NCBI GenBank assembly: GCA_030917555.1
Contig: JAUPUN010000015.1
Coordinates: forward strand, 1-35,568
Reading direction: 5' to 3'
Length of the DNA stretch: 35,568 nt
From: Patescibacteria group bacterium
Lineage (GTDB): Bacteria; Patescibacteriota; Minisyncoccia; UBA6257
This document shows, one piece after another, positions 25,553-35,300 of the stretch. A program made the position numbers and the translations under genes. Positions within the stretch are counted from its first letter, which is position 1; each line of letters opens with the position of its first letter. Under the pieces are notes generated by a model. That model saw nothing but the letters and a program-made list of their open reading frames with translations, was not told where the DNA came from and searched no databases.

Positions 25553-25999
25553 ATGATTTCTAATTTAACTTCTCAGGAATTTGTTTGTTCTCATTGTGGC
25601 AAGAAAGTAACCTATCAAAGGGCAATTGGAACGCATTACCGCAATCACTGCCCTGATTGTCTTTGGTCTCAGCACGAAGATTTAGCAGTGTCTGGTGATA
25701 GAAAATCTACTTGTCATGGACAAATGGAACCAATAGGTTTGACTTTTAAAAAAGAAGGTAAAGATAGGTATGGGAGAGAAAGACAAGGAGAATTAATGAT
25801 TATCCATCAATGTCTAAAATGCGGTAAAATTTCAATTAATCGTTTAGCTGGAGATGATAACGAAGAAGCCATTTTGCAAGTTTTAGAAAATTCCAAAAAC
25901 TTAACTAGCGAGCAAAAGCATTTGTTAGAAACACAAAATATTAAGATACTTCAGGAGCAGGATAAAGAAGAGATTTTAGTTCAACTATACGGAAAATAA
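25553..25999 (+). CDS. RNHCP-domain zinc-binding protein
   Basis: FVCSHCG, YRNHCPDCLWS.H.D...GDR...C.G.M.P, HQCLKCG. Confidence 0.92.
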   Translation: MISNLTSQEFVCSHCGKKVTYQRAIGTHYRNHCPDCLWSQHEDLAVSGDRKSTCHGQMEPIGLTFKKEGKDRYGRERQGELMIIHQCLKCGKISINRLAGDDNEEAILQVLENSKNLTSEQKHLLETQNIKILQEQDKEEILVQLYGK

Positions 26000-26036
26000 T
26001 TTTAATTATCTTGTAAAAAATGGAAGGGACAAATAC

Positions 26037-26064
26037 TTGACATTCAAGAATATTTCTTTATAAT
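26037..26064 (+). promoter_or_regulatory. Consensus sigma70 promoter of rubredoxin-HD operon
   Basis: TTGACA-16-TATAAT. Confidence 0.7.
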
Positions 26065-26136
26065 TACTCTAAATTTTAAGGGAAGAAGTGTTCCCTTCAA
26101 AATTATAAAAATTAAATTAAAAATTAAATAAAAAAT

Positions 26137-26382
26137 ATGAAGTATAAATGTACTGTTTGCGGCTATCTTTATGATGAAGATGGCATTGATCCTACTACTG
26201 GTGAAAAAAATGTACCCTGGGAGGAGCTACCAGAGGAATGGGTTTGTCCTAAATGCGGCGCTTCTAAAATAGATTTTAAACCAGTAAAAGGGGAAAGTAT
26301 CTCTGATGAGGAAGAAGATTTTAAAGATGAAGATTTCGAAGACTACGAAGAAGAGGAAGATTCTGATTTAGATAATTTTTAA
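26137..26382 (+). CDS. Rubredoxin with acidic C-terminal tail
   Basis: [28 protein letters not shown]. Confidence 0.93.
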   Translation: MKYKCTVCGYLYDEDGIDPTTGEKNVPWEELPEEWVCPKCGASKIDFKPVKGESISDEEEDFKDEDFEDYEEEEDSDLDNF

Positions 26383-26385
26383 TTT

Positions 26386-26940
26386 ATGTCTCGAGAAGAA
26401 GCGTGGCAGTTATTACAAGAGAAGGTTAAAACTCCTAATTTAATCAAACATTGCTTAGCAGTAGAAGCTTCGATGAGAGAATTGGCTCGCTATTTTCATG
26501 AAGATGAAGACAAATGGGGAATAGCAGGTTTACTTCATGATATTGATTATGAGGAAACAAAAGACCAACCCCAAGAGCATTCTTTAAAAGGAGCTGAATT
26601 TTTAGCTAGTCTAGGAGTAGATTCAGAGATTACGGAAGCCATCAAAACCCATAATGATACTCATCAATTAATTCCTCAGTCCTTGATGGCCAAAGCTTTA
26701 TTCTGTACTGACCCCTTAACTGGTTTAATTGTGGCTACTACTTTAGTTTTACCTTCTAAAAAAATTCAGGAAGTAACCCCTTTAAATGTTTTAAATCGCT
26801 TAAAAGAAAAAAGTTTTGCTAAAGGAGCTAGACGAGAAGTTATTAATCAATGCGAACCTTTATTAGGTTTACCTTTAGAAGAATTTGTTTCTTTGGTGTT
26901 AAAGGGCATGCAAAATATTGCTTCAGAGTTAGGTCTTTAA
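26386..26940 (+). CDS. HD/HDIG-domain hydrolase
   Basis: KHCLAVE, GLLHDIDYE, D.LTGLI, KSFAKG. Confidence 0.88.
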   Translation: MSREEAWQLLQEKVKTPNLIKHCLAVEASMRELARYFHEDEDKWGIAGLLHDIDYEETKDQPQEHSLKGAEFLASLGVDSEITEAIKTHNDTHQLIPQSLMAKALFCTDPLTGLIVATTLVLPSKKIQEVTPLNVLNRLKEKSFAKGARREVINQCEPLLGLPLEEFVSLVLKGMQNIASELGL

Positions 26941-26944
26941 GGGG

Positions 26945-26974
26945 TTGACTTTTAGGAGCTTTCTTTGTTAAACT
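26945..26974 (+). promoter_or_regulatory. sigma70 promoter of secE-nusG-rplK
   Basis: TTGACT-18-TAAACT with extended TG. Confidence 0.55.
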
Positions 26975-26976
26975 AG

Positions 26977-27000
26977 AAAAGTGCCCACCCGGGCACTTTT
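26977..27000 (+). terminator. Terminator-like hairpin immediately upstream of secE
   Basis: AAAAGTGCCC-ACCC-GGGCACTTTT, perfect 10-bp stem. Confidence 0.65.
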
Positions 27001-27005
27001 AAAAC

Positions 27006-27200
27006 ATGAAGAATCTTTTTCAAAAAATTAGTAACTATTTTAAGGATTCCTGGAAGGAATTAAAAAAGGTTAATTGGCCAACTAAGGCAGAAACTAAAAA
27101 AAGAACCTTAGAAGTTTTAGCTTTAGCTTTTTTTGTGGCTATCCTTTTTACTTTAGTAGACTATGGGTTACTTCAGCTAATGAGGTTAATTATTACTTAA
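27006..27200 (+). CDS. secE: Preprotein translocase subunit SecE
   Basis: ELKKVNWPT, single TM, precedes nusG. Confidence 0.95.
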   Translation: MKNLFQKISNYFKDSWKELKKVNWPTKAETKKRTLEVLALAFFVAILFTLVDYGLLQLMRLIIT

Positions 27201-27207
27201 AGAAAGC

Positions 27208-27753
27208 ATGCCTAAACAACAAATTAATTTAGGAAGAAATTGGTATGTAATTCATACCTATTCTGGATATGAAGACGCAGTAGCTCGGAATTTAAAACAG
27301 AGAATAGAAGCTTTAGGAATGCAAGATAAAATTTTTAATGTTTTAGTTCCCAAAGAAAAGAAAATCAAAATTAAAAATGGTAAACGAGTAGTGGTAGAAG
27401 AGAAGATTTACCCTGGTTATGTTTTTGTTGATATGGTGGTTACAGATGACTCTTGGTATGTGGTTAGGAATACACCAATGGTGACAGGATTTATTGGAGC
27501 TGGTACTACTCCTCGGCTAGTCCAAGATGAAGAAATTAAAGAAATTTTAAGGAAGATTGTGGAAGAGGAACCAAAATATAAAGTGGAATTCTCGGTAGGA
27601 GATTTGGTGAAAATTATGGATGGCCCTTTTAAAGATAGTGAAGGCAAAGTACAGGAAATTGATAAAGAGAAAGGTAGAGTAAGGGTTTTAGTGTCTCTTT
27701 TTGGTCGAGATACCCCTATTGATTTGGATTTTTTACAGGTAAAGAAAATTTAA
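27208..27753 (+). CDS. nusG: Transcription factor NusG
   Basis: [38 protein letters not shown]. Confidence 0.98.
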   Translation: MPKQQINLGRNWYVIHTYSGYEDAVARNLKQRIEALGMQDKIFNVLVPKEKKIKIKNGKRVVVEEKIYPGYVFVDMVVTDDSWYVVRNTPMVTGFIGAGTTPRLVQDEEIKEILRKIVEEEPKYKVEFSVGDLVKIMDGPFKDSEGKVQEIDKEKGRVRVLVSLFGRDTPIDLDFLQVKKI

Positions 27754-27757
27754 AATT

Positions 27758-28183
27758 ATGGCTAAAGCAATAAAAACTGTTTTAACTTTACAAATTCCAG
27801 CTGGTCAAGCTAACCCAGCTCCTCCAGTGGGTCCTGCTTTAGGACAGCATGGTTTAAATATTCAAGACTTTTGTACTCGTTTTAATGAGGCTACTAAAGA
27901 TAAGGCAGGAGAAATTATTCCAGTAGAAATTACTGTTTACGTAGATCGAACTTTTGATTTAAAATTTAAAGAACCGCCAGTTTCTGATTTACTGAGAAGA
28001 GCCGCTGGCGTAGAAAAAGGCTCTGGTAACCCTTTAAAAAATAAAGTAGGAAAAGTAACCAGGGCTCAAGTAGAAGAGATTGCCAAAAGAAAACTTCCTG
28101 ATTTGAATACTCAAGATCTTCAGGCTGCTATGAAAATGGTAGCAGGAACAGCTCGGAGTATGGGAATCGAGATTGTAGAGTAG
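27758..28183 (+). CDS. rplK: 50S ribosomal protein L11
   Basis: [25 protein letters not shown]. Confidence 0.98.
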   Translation: MAKAIKTVLTLQIPAGQANPAPPVGPALGQHGLNIQDFCTRFNEATKDKAGEIIPVEITVYVDRTFDLKFKEPPVSDLLRRAAGVEKGSGNPLKNKVGKVTRAQVEEIAKRKLPDLNTQDLQAAMKMVAGTARSMGIEIVE

Positions 28184-28206
28184 TTTCTAACTAAACTAGA
28201 AAATAA

Positions 28207-28235
28207 AAAACAGCCGTTTCAAAAGCGGCTGTTTT
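28207..28235. terminator. Bidirectional intrinsic terminator between rplK and tmk
   Basis: AAAACAGCCG...CGGCTGTTTT between convergent genes. Confidence 0.85.
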
Positions 28236-28263
28236 ACTTAGATAATTTTTATACTTTCTTTTA

Positions 28264-28926
28264 TCAATAAGAACTGTCTTTTAAGGCATAATTCGCTTCC
28301 TTTAATTTATTTTTTAAATAGTTTAAAGCTGTCGCTTCTACTTCAGCTAAGGGTTTTTGAGCATCAACAATCTTAAAGAGAGTATTATTCTCTTTGGCTA
28401 ATTCTAGATAAGCATTTCTTACTCTTTGATGAAAAAGCAGATCTTCTTGATCTAATCTGTCAAAATCTTGACGGTGACTCCTTTTTCTTTCCAATCCTAG
28501 AGCAGGATCTAAATCAAATAAAAGAACCAAATTTGGTTGAAGATCACCTACTGCTAAAGCATTAAGACGTTTGATAGTTTCAAGCCCTAACTGTCTTCCT
28601 CCTCCTTGGTAAGCATACGATGAATAAACAAAACGGTCGCAAATCACAATTTCTTTCTTGGCTAAATGTGGTTTAATTACTTCTTCCACATGTTGAGCTC
28701 TACTAGCAGCAAAAAGGTAAGCTTCAGTAAGAGGCAAAACATTATTTTGGGTATCTAAAATAATTGTTCTAATTTTTTCAGCCACTGGACTTTCTTTACC
28801 TCCTGGTTCTCGGGTATAAAACACTTTTTCACCACTAGCTGTTAATTGCTCGAAAAGCCATTGTCCTACCGTGGTTTTTCCCGAACCTTCACAGCCTTCT
28901 AAAACTAAAAAGAATCCTTTCTTCAT
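28264..28926 (-). CDS. tmk: Thymidylate kinase
   Basis: EGCEGSGKTT, TREPGG, CDRF..SSYAYQG; has an AAGGAG SD, rare in this window. Confidence 0.96.
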   Translation of the reverse strand: MKKGFFLVLEGCEGSGKTTVGQWLFEQLTASGEKVFYTREPGGKESPVAEKIRTIILDTQNNVLPLTEAYLFAASRAQHVEEVIKPHLAKKEIVICDRFVYSSYAYQGGGRQLGLETIKRLNALAVGDLQPNLVLLFDLDPALGLERKRSHRQDFDRLDQEDLLFHQRVRNAYLELAKENNTLFKIVDAQKPLAEVEATALNYLKNKLKEANYALKDSSY

Positions 28927-29065
28927 AATTAACTCCTTTATTCCTTTTAGTATATGAAATTGTCAAGGTTTCTGCAAAGATAGCAGCCCAGAAAATAATT
29001 TCTATCAATCTGAACTGTTTTCAGAAATTTATTTTTTAAAAATTTTATTGTATAATAAAACATCT

Positions 29066-30580
29066 ATGGAATACGAAACAGTTATTGGCTTAGAAATTCA
29101 CGCTGAGCTCAAAACCAAAACAAAGATGTTTTGTAAATGTTTAAATAATGCCGAAGAAACAGTGCCCAATAAAAATATTTGTCCTGTTTGTTTAGCTCAT
29201 CCCGGTACTTTACCAGTGATTAATAAAAAAGCAGTAGAATTAGTTTTAAAAGTTGGCTTAGCGTTGGGTTCTACTATTCCTGAATTTTCTAAATTTGATA
29301 GAAAAAATTATTTCTATCCTGACTTACCGAAAGGTTATCAGATTTCTCAGTACGATCAACCCTTATGTCAAGGAGGCAGTTTAAGTTTATACTTGAGTGA
29401 TGATTTAGAAGAAAGTACTAAAGAGATTACTCTGACTAGAATTCATTTAGAAGAAGATACTGGTAAATTAATTCATCCAGCAGATGGCAAATCAACTTTA
29501 ATTGATTTTAATCGGGCAGGAGTACCGCTGATGGAATTAGTAACAGAACCAGTTCTTCATAATGGTAAAGAAGCAAGACTTTTTTGCCAAGGGCTTCAAC
29601 TACTTTTAAAAACTTTAGCTGTTTCCGAAGCAGAAATGGAAAAAGGACAGATGAGATGTGAAGTTAATATCTCTTTAGCTCCAAAGTCCAAAGTCAAAAG
29701 TCAAAAGTTGGGGACCAAAGTGGAAATTAAAAATCTGAATTCATTCAAAGCGGTAGAAGAAGCTATTGATTATGAAATCCAAAGACAGAGAGAACTTTTA
29801 GAAAAAGGAGAAAAAGTAGTTCAAGAAACGCGTGGTTGGGATGAAGCTCGAGGTAAAACTTATTCTCAAAGAATTAAAGAAGAAGCTCAGGATTACCGTT
29901 ATTTTCCAGAGCCAGATTTACCTCCCTTAACAAATATTTCTAAAACATTTGATTTAGAAAAATTAAAAGCTGAATTACCTGAATTACCTTGGGAGAAGAA
30001 AAGGCGAATAATAAAGCAATTTACTGGACAAGCAACAATAGGCCTAACCACAACTCTTGAGCGTAAACCAATTAATATTTTTTTAGAACATCCAGAATAC
30101 TTACAATTTTATGAAGACACAATTAATGAATTAAAGAACGAAAAAATAGAGCTTAAAAAGGCACAAGTTTTAGCGCGCAATTATTTTCTTACAGACATTA
30201 TTGGTTTCATGGAAAAAGAAAAGATCAAGTGGGAAGATTCAAAACTTATTCCTCTGTATTTTGCAAAAATTATCTCTTACTTAGTTCAAGATAAAATTTC
30301 TTCTCGGGTAGCAAAAGATATTTTATTAGAAATAATTCGGACAGGAAAGGATCCAGAAAAATTAATCAAAGAGCAAAATTTAGAAACGATTTCAGATATA
30401 GGGCTAATAAAGTCAATTATTGAGGAAGTAATTAAGAATAATCCTAAAGCCGTTCAAGATTATCGTAATGGCAAGGAAACAGCCCTTCAATTTTTAGTGG
30501 GTCAAGCTATGGCCAGATTAAAAGGAGCAGCTAACCCTCAAGAATTAGGAAAATTAATTAGAGAGAAAATCACGGGCTAA
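29066..30580 (+). CDS. gatB: Asp/Glu-tRNA amidotransferase subunit B
   Basis: IGLEIH, RKNYFYPDLPKGYQISQ, DFNRAGVPLMELVTEP, DYRYFPEPDL; ATG 29066 follows TATAAT at 29051. Confidence 0.97.
   Translation: MEYETVIGLEIHAELKTKTKMFCKCLNNAEETVPNKNICPVCLAHPGTLPVINKKAVELVLKVGLALGSTIPEFSKFDRKNYFYPDLPKGYQISQYDQPLCQGGSLSLYLSDDLEESTKEITLTRIHLEEDTGKLIHPADGKSTLIDFNRAGVPLMELVTEPVLHNGKEARLFCQGLQLLLKTLAVSEAEMEKGQMRCEVNISLAPKSKVKSQKLGTKVEIKNLNSFKAVEEAIDYEIQRQRELLEKGEKVVQETRGWDEARGKTYSQRIKEEAQDYRYFPEPDLPPLTNISKTFDLEKLKAELPELPWEKKRRIIKQFTGQATIGLTTTLERKPINIFLEHPEYLQFYEDTINELKNEKIELKKAQVLARNYFLTDIIGFMEKEKIKWEDSKLIPLYFAKIISYLVQDKISSRVAKDILLEIIRTGKDPEKLIKEQNLETISDIGLIKSIIEEVIKNNPKAVQDYRNGKETALQFLVGQAMARLKGAANPQELGKLIREKITG
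29680..29707 (+). repeat. Heptamer array TC(C/A)AAAG x4 inside gatB
   Basis: TCCAAAG TCCAAAG TCAAAAG TCAAAAG encoding PKSKVKSQK. Confidence 0.75.
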
Positions 30581-31519
30581 TTTTATTGCTTCTTCATTAT
30601 TAATTACCCAATTTACTTTTGGCATTTTTTTAAACCAAGTCATCTGGCGTTTGGCGTAATGACAAATATCTTGATAAAGCGAATTAAACATTTCTTCATA
30701 ACTAATTTTCTTTTCTAGATACCGATTCACCCAGCGGTATTCAAGACCAAAATCTTCTAAACGCTGAGAGGAAACTCCCTGTTTTTTTAAGTTTTCTACT
30801 TCTTGAATCATTCCTTGTTGGATTCTTTTTTGTAATCTTTCTTTGATTAGTTTTTTTAATTCGGTTTGATCTTTTTTAATGCCTAAAATTAAGAGATCCC
30901 AGGGTGGAGGATTTTTCTTTAAAGAAGGTATTTCTTTTTTGGTTTGAAGAATTTCTAAAGCTCGGATTAGCCTTCTTTTGTTATGAGGGTCAATAGTTTT
31001 GGCACGTTGAGGATCTAGTTGTTTTAGTTTTTGAAAAAGCTTCTCAGTACTCTCTGTTTCTAATTGCGCTCTTAAACTGGGATTGGGAGGAACTTCTGGC
31101 AATTGCCAGCCTTCGATCAGACTTGAGAGATAAAGACCAGTACCACCGCATAAAATTGGCAATTTTCCTCGTTTTTGGATGTCTTTAATTGCTTTTAAAG
31201 CTAATTTTTGATATTGAGCTGCGGAAAAATATTCTTGGGGATTGGCCACATCAAGCACATGATGTCTAATACCTTCTGAGTACAATTGATTACTTCGATC
31301 TTTTGACTTTTGAATTTTGACTTTACCACTGCCTATATCCATTCCTCGATAAACTTGCCGTGAATCAGCAGAAATAATTTCACCATTAAAAAGTTGAGCT
31401 AATTGAATAGCTAAATCAGATTTACCTGAGGCAGTAGGCCCTAAAATAACCAACAGTTTCCTGTTGGAATTTTTAATTTTGTAATTTTTAATTTTTAAAT
31501 GATTTAAAAATTTTGTCAT
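30554..31519 (-). CDS. miaA: tRNA dimethylallyltransferase
   Basis: GPTASGKS, SADSRQVYRGMDIG, GGTGLY, YAKRQMTWF. Confidence 0.96.
   Translation of the reverse strand: MTKFLNHLKIKNYKIKNSNRKLLVILGPTASGKSDLAIQLAQLFNGEIISADSRQVYRGMDIGSGKVKIQKSKDRSNQLYSEGIRHHVLDVANPQEYFSAAQYQKLALKAIKDIQKRGKLPILCGGTGLYLSSLIEGWQLPEVPPNPSLRAQLETESTEKLFQKLKQLDPQRAKTIDPHNKRRLIRALEILQTKKEIPSLKKNPPPWDLLILGIKKDQTELKKLIKERLQKRIQQGMIQEVENLKKQGVSSQRLEDFGLEYRWVNRYLEKKISYEEMFNSLYQDICHYAKRQMTWFKKMPKVNWVINNEEAIKLARDFLSN
31300..31323 (-). repeat. Heptamer array TCAAAA(G/T) x3 inside miaA
   Basis: + strand CTTTTGA CTTTTGA ATTTTGA CTT, encoding KVKIQKSK. Confidence 0.65.
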
Positions 31520-31560
31520 TAAAAATTATTTTAAAATTATAAAATTAAAAATTTAAAATT
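31468..31560. repeat. AT-rich quasi-palindromic 8-mer repeat element, copy 2, spanning the miaA start and rnhB stop
   Basis: Same architecture as 6941-7035 in opposite orientation, with a 25-bp exact match. Confidence 0.6.
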
Positions 31561-32210
31561 TTTATCGGTTTATAACTTTTCCGATGGATTTCACAAATGC
31601 CATATTTTTTTATTAATTTTAGATGTAATTTGGTAGGGTAGCCTTTGTGAATTTCAAAATGATAATGAGGATACCGCTGAGCTAAGGCGATCATTTTTTT
31701 ATCTCTAATTACTTTTGCTATCACCGAGGCTAAAGCAATTGAAGCGATTTTGGTATCGCCTTTAATAATTGTTTTTTGGGAATAAGGTAATTCAGGTAGA
31801 GCCCGATTGCCATCTATTAGAATTAAATCAGGGGTAAGCTTGGTTTTTTTAGCTAATTTTTGAATACTTTTTTTCATAGCTAAAAAAGTTGCTTGTTCGA
31901 TATTAATTTTATCGATGATTTTTTCGCTCACTAAAGTAAAAGCAAAATCAAGTTGGGGATTGTGTTTAGCTAATTGAAAAATTTCTTCTCTTTTTTTAGG
32001 ACTAAGCTGCTTGGAATCATTTAAAATTTTTAAAAGTTGAAATAAATCATAATTTGCTTTCGCAAATTTAGCTGAGTGTAATTGAGGTGGGTAAATAATT
32101 ACCGCTGCCGCTGCTACCGGACCTGCTAAAGGGCCTCGGCCAGCTTCATCTACGCCAAAAATATTTTGAAAGCCTTGTTTTTGATAAAATTTTTCAGTTT
32201 TTAAATTCAT
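31545..32210 (-). CDS. rnhB: Ribonuclease HII
   Basis: GVDEAGRGPLAGPV, DSKQL, IDG, ASVIAKVIRD, HKGYPT, HRKSY. Confidence 0.96.
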   Translation of the reverse strand: MNLKTEKFYQKQGFQNIFGVDEAGRGPLAGPVAAAAVIIYPPQLHSAKFAKANYDLFQLLKILNDSKQLSPKKREEIFQLAKHNPQLDFAFTLVSEKIIDKINIEQATFLAMKKSIQKLAKKTKLTPDLILIDGNRALPELPYSQKTIIKGDTKIASIALASVIAKVIRDKKMIALAQRYPHYHFEIHKGYPTKLHLKLIKKYGICEIHRKSYKPIKILNF

Positions 32211-32333
32211 AGGAATATTCTACTTGACAATTACAGAGAAAAAAGATTTGTCTTATTGCTTTTTTAAAACCTTATGATAAAATAGAACAAGAGATTTTTT
32301 TATTTTTATGTTTGCATTGATAATTTGGTCTCA

Positions 32334-32361
32334 ATTTTGACTTTTGATTTTTAAATTTTGA
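32334..32361 (-). repeat. Heptamer array of the TCAAAAG family in the dnaE leader
   Basis: + strand ATTTTGA CTTTTGA TTTTTAA ATTTTGA. Confidence 0.6.
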
Positions 32362-32370
32362 ACTCTTTTT

Positions 32371-35300
32371 ATGTATTTTACCCATCTTCATGTTCATAGT
32401 CATTATTCCTTACTGGATGGCTTAAGCAAAATCGATGAACTGCTCGATTTAGCTAAAAAGATGGGTTTAGACGCCTTGGCTTTAACTGACCACGGCGTTC
32501 TTTATGGTGCTATTGAATTTTATACCAAAGCTAAAGAGAAAGGAATTAAGCCAATTATTGGTTGTGAAGTTTATTTGGCTCCCCGGGCCTTAACCGATAA
32601 AACTCCTAAAGTTGATACTAAATTTTATCATCTAATACTTTTAGCAAAAAATCAAATTGGTTACCATAACTTGATTAAATTAGTAACCATTGGTGAACTA
32701 GAGGGCTTTTATTATAAGCCGAGAGTAGACAAAGCAGTTTTAAAAAAATATTCCGAAGGTTTAATTGCTCTTTCAGCCTGTTTGAGAGGCGAAATTTCTC
32801 AAGTACTCTCTAGCGGTGATTGGGATCGAGCTCAAAACTTAGTAGCAGAATACCAAGATATTTTTGGTAAAGATAATTTTTATTTAGAATTGCAGGATCA
32901 CCCTGAATTACCGGAGCAAAATAAAATTAATGAGCTGTTATTAAAATTATCAGAGTTAACTGGTGCTCCGGCAGTAGTAACTACCGATGCTCATTACCCT
33001 TTCAAAGAAGATAAAAGGGCTCACGAAGTACTTTTGGCAGTTCAAACTGGCAGTGAGGCTGAGAGTGAAGATAGGTTTACGATGGTACAGGCAGATTTGC
33101 ATTTGAAAGAACCCCAAGAAGTATTTTCTCGCTTTTCTGATCACTCCGAATTGTTTGAAAATATTCGTAAAATTGTTGAGGCTTGCAATTTAGAACTAAC
33201 TTTAGATCAAATAGTTTTTCCTAAATTTCAAACTCCGAACAACGAAGATTCTTTTAAATATTTAGAGAAATTAGCTCGGGAAAGTTTTCCTCATTTTTAT
33301 CAGGATACTAACACTGAGGCCAAAGAAAGATTAGAGCATGAATTATCAGTTATTAAAGAAACTGGTTTTGCTGATTATTTTTTGGTAATTCAGGATATCA
33401 TACATTTTGCTAATGAAAATAACATCTTAACTAATACCCGAGGCTCAGCTGCCGGTTCTTTAGTGGCTTATATTTTAGGCATTACTCATATTGATCCGAT
33501 TAAATATGACCTGTATTTTGAAAGATTTTTGAATCCTGAAAGAATTGAACCTCCTGATATTGATTTAGATGTAGCTGACGATAGAAGACAGGATATTATT
33601 GCCTATATTTCAGGAAAATATGGTCAAGATCACGTGGCTCAAGTTTTAACTTTTGGTATTATGAAATCAAGATTGGCAGTACGGGATGTCAATCGGGCTT
33701 TGGGTCATCCTTATTCTTTAGGGGACCAAATCGCCAAACTAATTCCTCAAAATTTACCTTTGAAAGAAGCTTTAAAAACCATACCTGAGTTAAAGGAACT
33801 TTATGAGACTAATGAAGAAGCCCGAGAAGTTTTAGAAATCGCAGAGCGCTTAGAAGGGGTAGCTCGTCATGCTTCTACTCATGCTGCTGGAGTAGTTATT
33901 ACTCCTGAGCCGATTGTTAATTATGCTCCTTTACAACATTCTTCTAGAAACGAAAAAGAAATAGTAACTCAATACGAAATGAATTCTTTAAAGCATATCG
34001 GTTTAGTAAAAATTGATATTTTGGGTTTAGCCAACTTAACTGTTATTAGAAATACTTTAAGAATTATTAAAAAAGTTTATGGTCAAGAAATTGATTTGGA
34101 TCAACTTGGTTTTGATGATAAAAAAGTTTACGATTTACTTTCTCGAGGCGAAACAATTGGGGTATTTCAGGTAGAATCAGAAGGAATGAGGCGATACTTA
34201 AAAGAATTAAAACCTAATTCCCTTGAAGATTTAACTGCTATGTTGGCTTTGTATCGACCTGGTCCCATGGAATTTATTCCGCAATTTATTAAAAGAAAAC
34301 AGGGCAAAGAAAAAATTACTTATTTACATCCCCAACTGGAAGATATCTTAGGTAAAACTTATGGCATTTGTGTTTATCAGGAGCAATTAATGAGAATTGC
34401 TCATGATTTAGCTGGCTTTTCCATGGCGGAAGCTGATGTTTTGAGAAAGGCAGTAGGCAAAAAAATAAAAAGTCTTTTAAATGAGCAGAAAGAAAAATTG
34501 ATTCAAGGTATGACAGAGAGAGGAATTAAAAAACAAGTGGCTCAACAAATTTGGGAATGGATAGAACCATTTGCACGCTATGGCTTTAACAAGGGTCACA
34601 GTAGCTCTTATGCTAGAATTACTTATGAAACAGCTTGGCTTAAGGTGCATTATCCCAATGCCTATCTGGCAGCTCTTTTGACTTCTGATTTTGGTAATTT
34701 GGACCGGGTAGCTATTGAGATTAAAGAATGCGAAAGATTAGGAATTAGAGTTTTACCTCCTTCTGTGAATTATTCCTTTGTAGAATTTGGAGTAGATAAA
34801 GACACCGGCAATATTTTTTTTGGCTTGGCGGCTATTAAAAACGTAGGAACTGGAGTAGCTCAAATGATTCAAGAGGAAAGACAAAAAAACGGCCCCTTCA
34901 AGAACCTTGATGATTTTTTAAAGAGAATGCCAAGGCAAGTTTTAAACAGAAAAACTTTTGAAAGTCTTATTAAGTCAGGAGCTCTCGATTGCTTTGGTTC
35001 AAGGGAATTAATGGCAGAGAATTTAGATAAAATTTTAGAGCTAAGCACCAGTTTGAATCATCAAAATACCTTCCAAATAGGGTTATTTCAGGAAGATACC
35101 AGTGATTTGCTCAGCCGCTTAGGTACTCCTCCTCCTCTTAATAAAACTCAAAGATTAATGTGGGAAAGGGAATATTTGGGCATTTATTTAACTGGTCACC
35201 CTCTAGATGATTATAAAAATATTTTAGGCAAAGTAGCTTTAACAGTTGGTCAGTTAGACTCTTTAAAATTAGGGAAAAAAGTAAAAGTTTGTGGTTTTGT

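Noticed and set aside
412-29066. Upstream ORF-track starts at 412, 3053, 4890, 7026, 16366, 18147, 23453 and 29048
   Set aside because: They fall within promoters, repeats or upstream genes; downstream ATGs match family N-termini better
3292-33144. Short nested ORFs (3292-3498, 4251-4463, 5532-5768, 8521-8775, 17968-18156, 27417-27647, 32956-33144)
   Set aside because: Antisense overlaps of well-supported genes with no recognisable motifs
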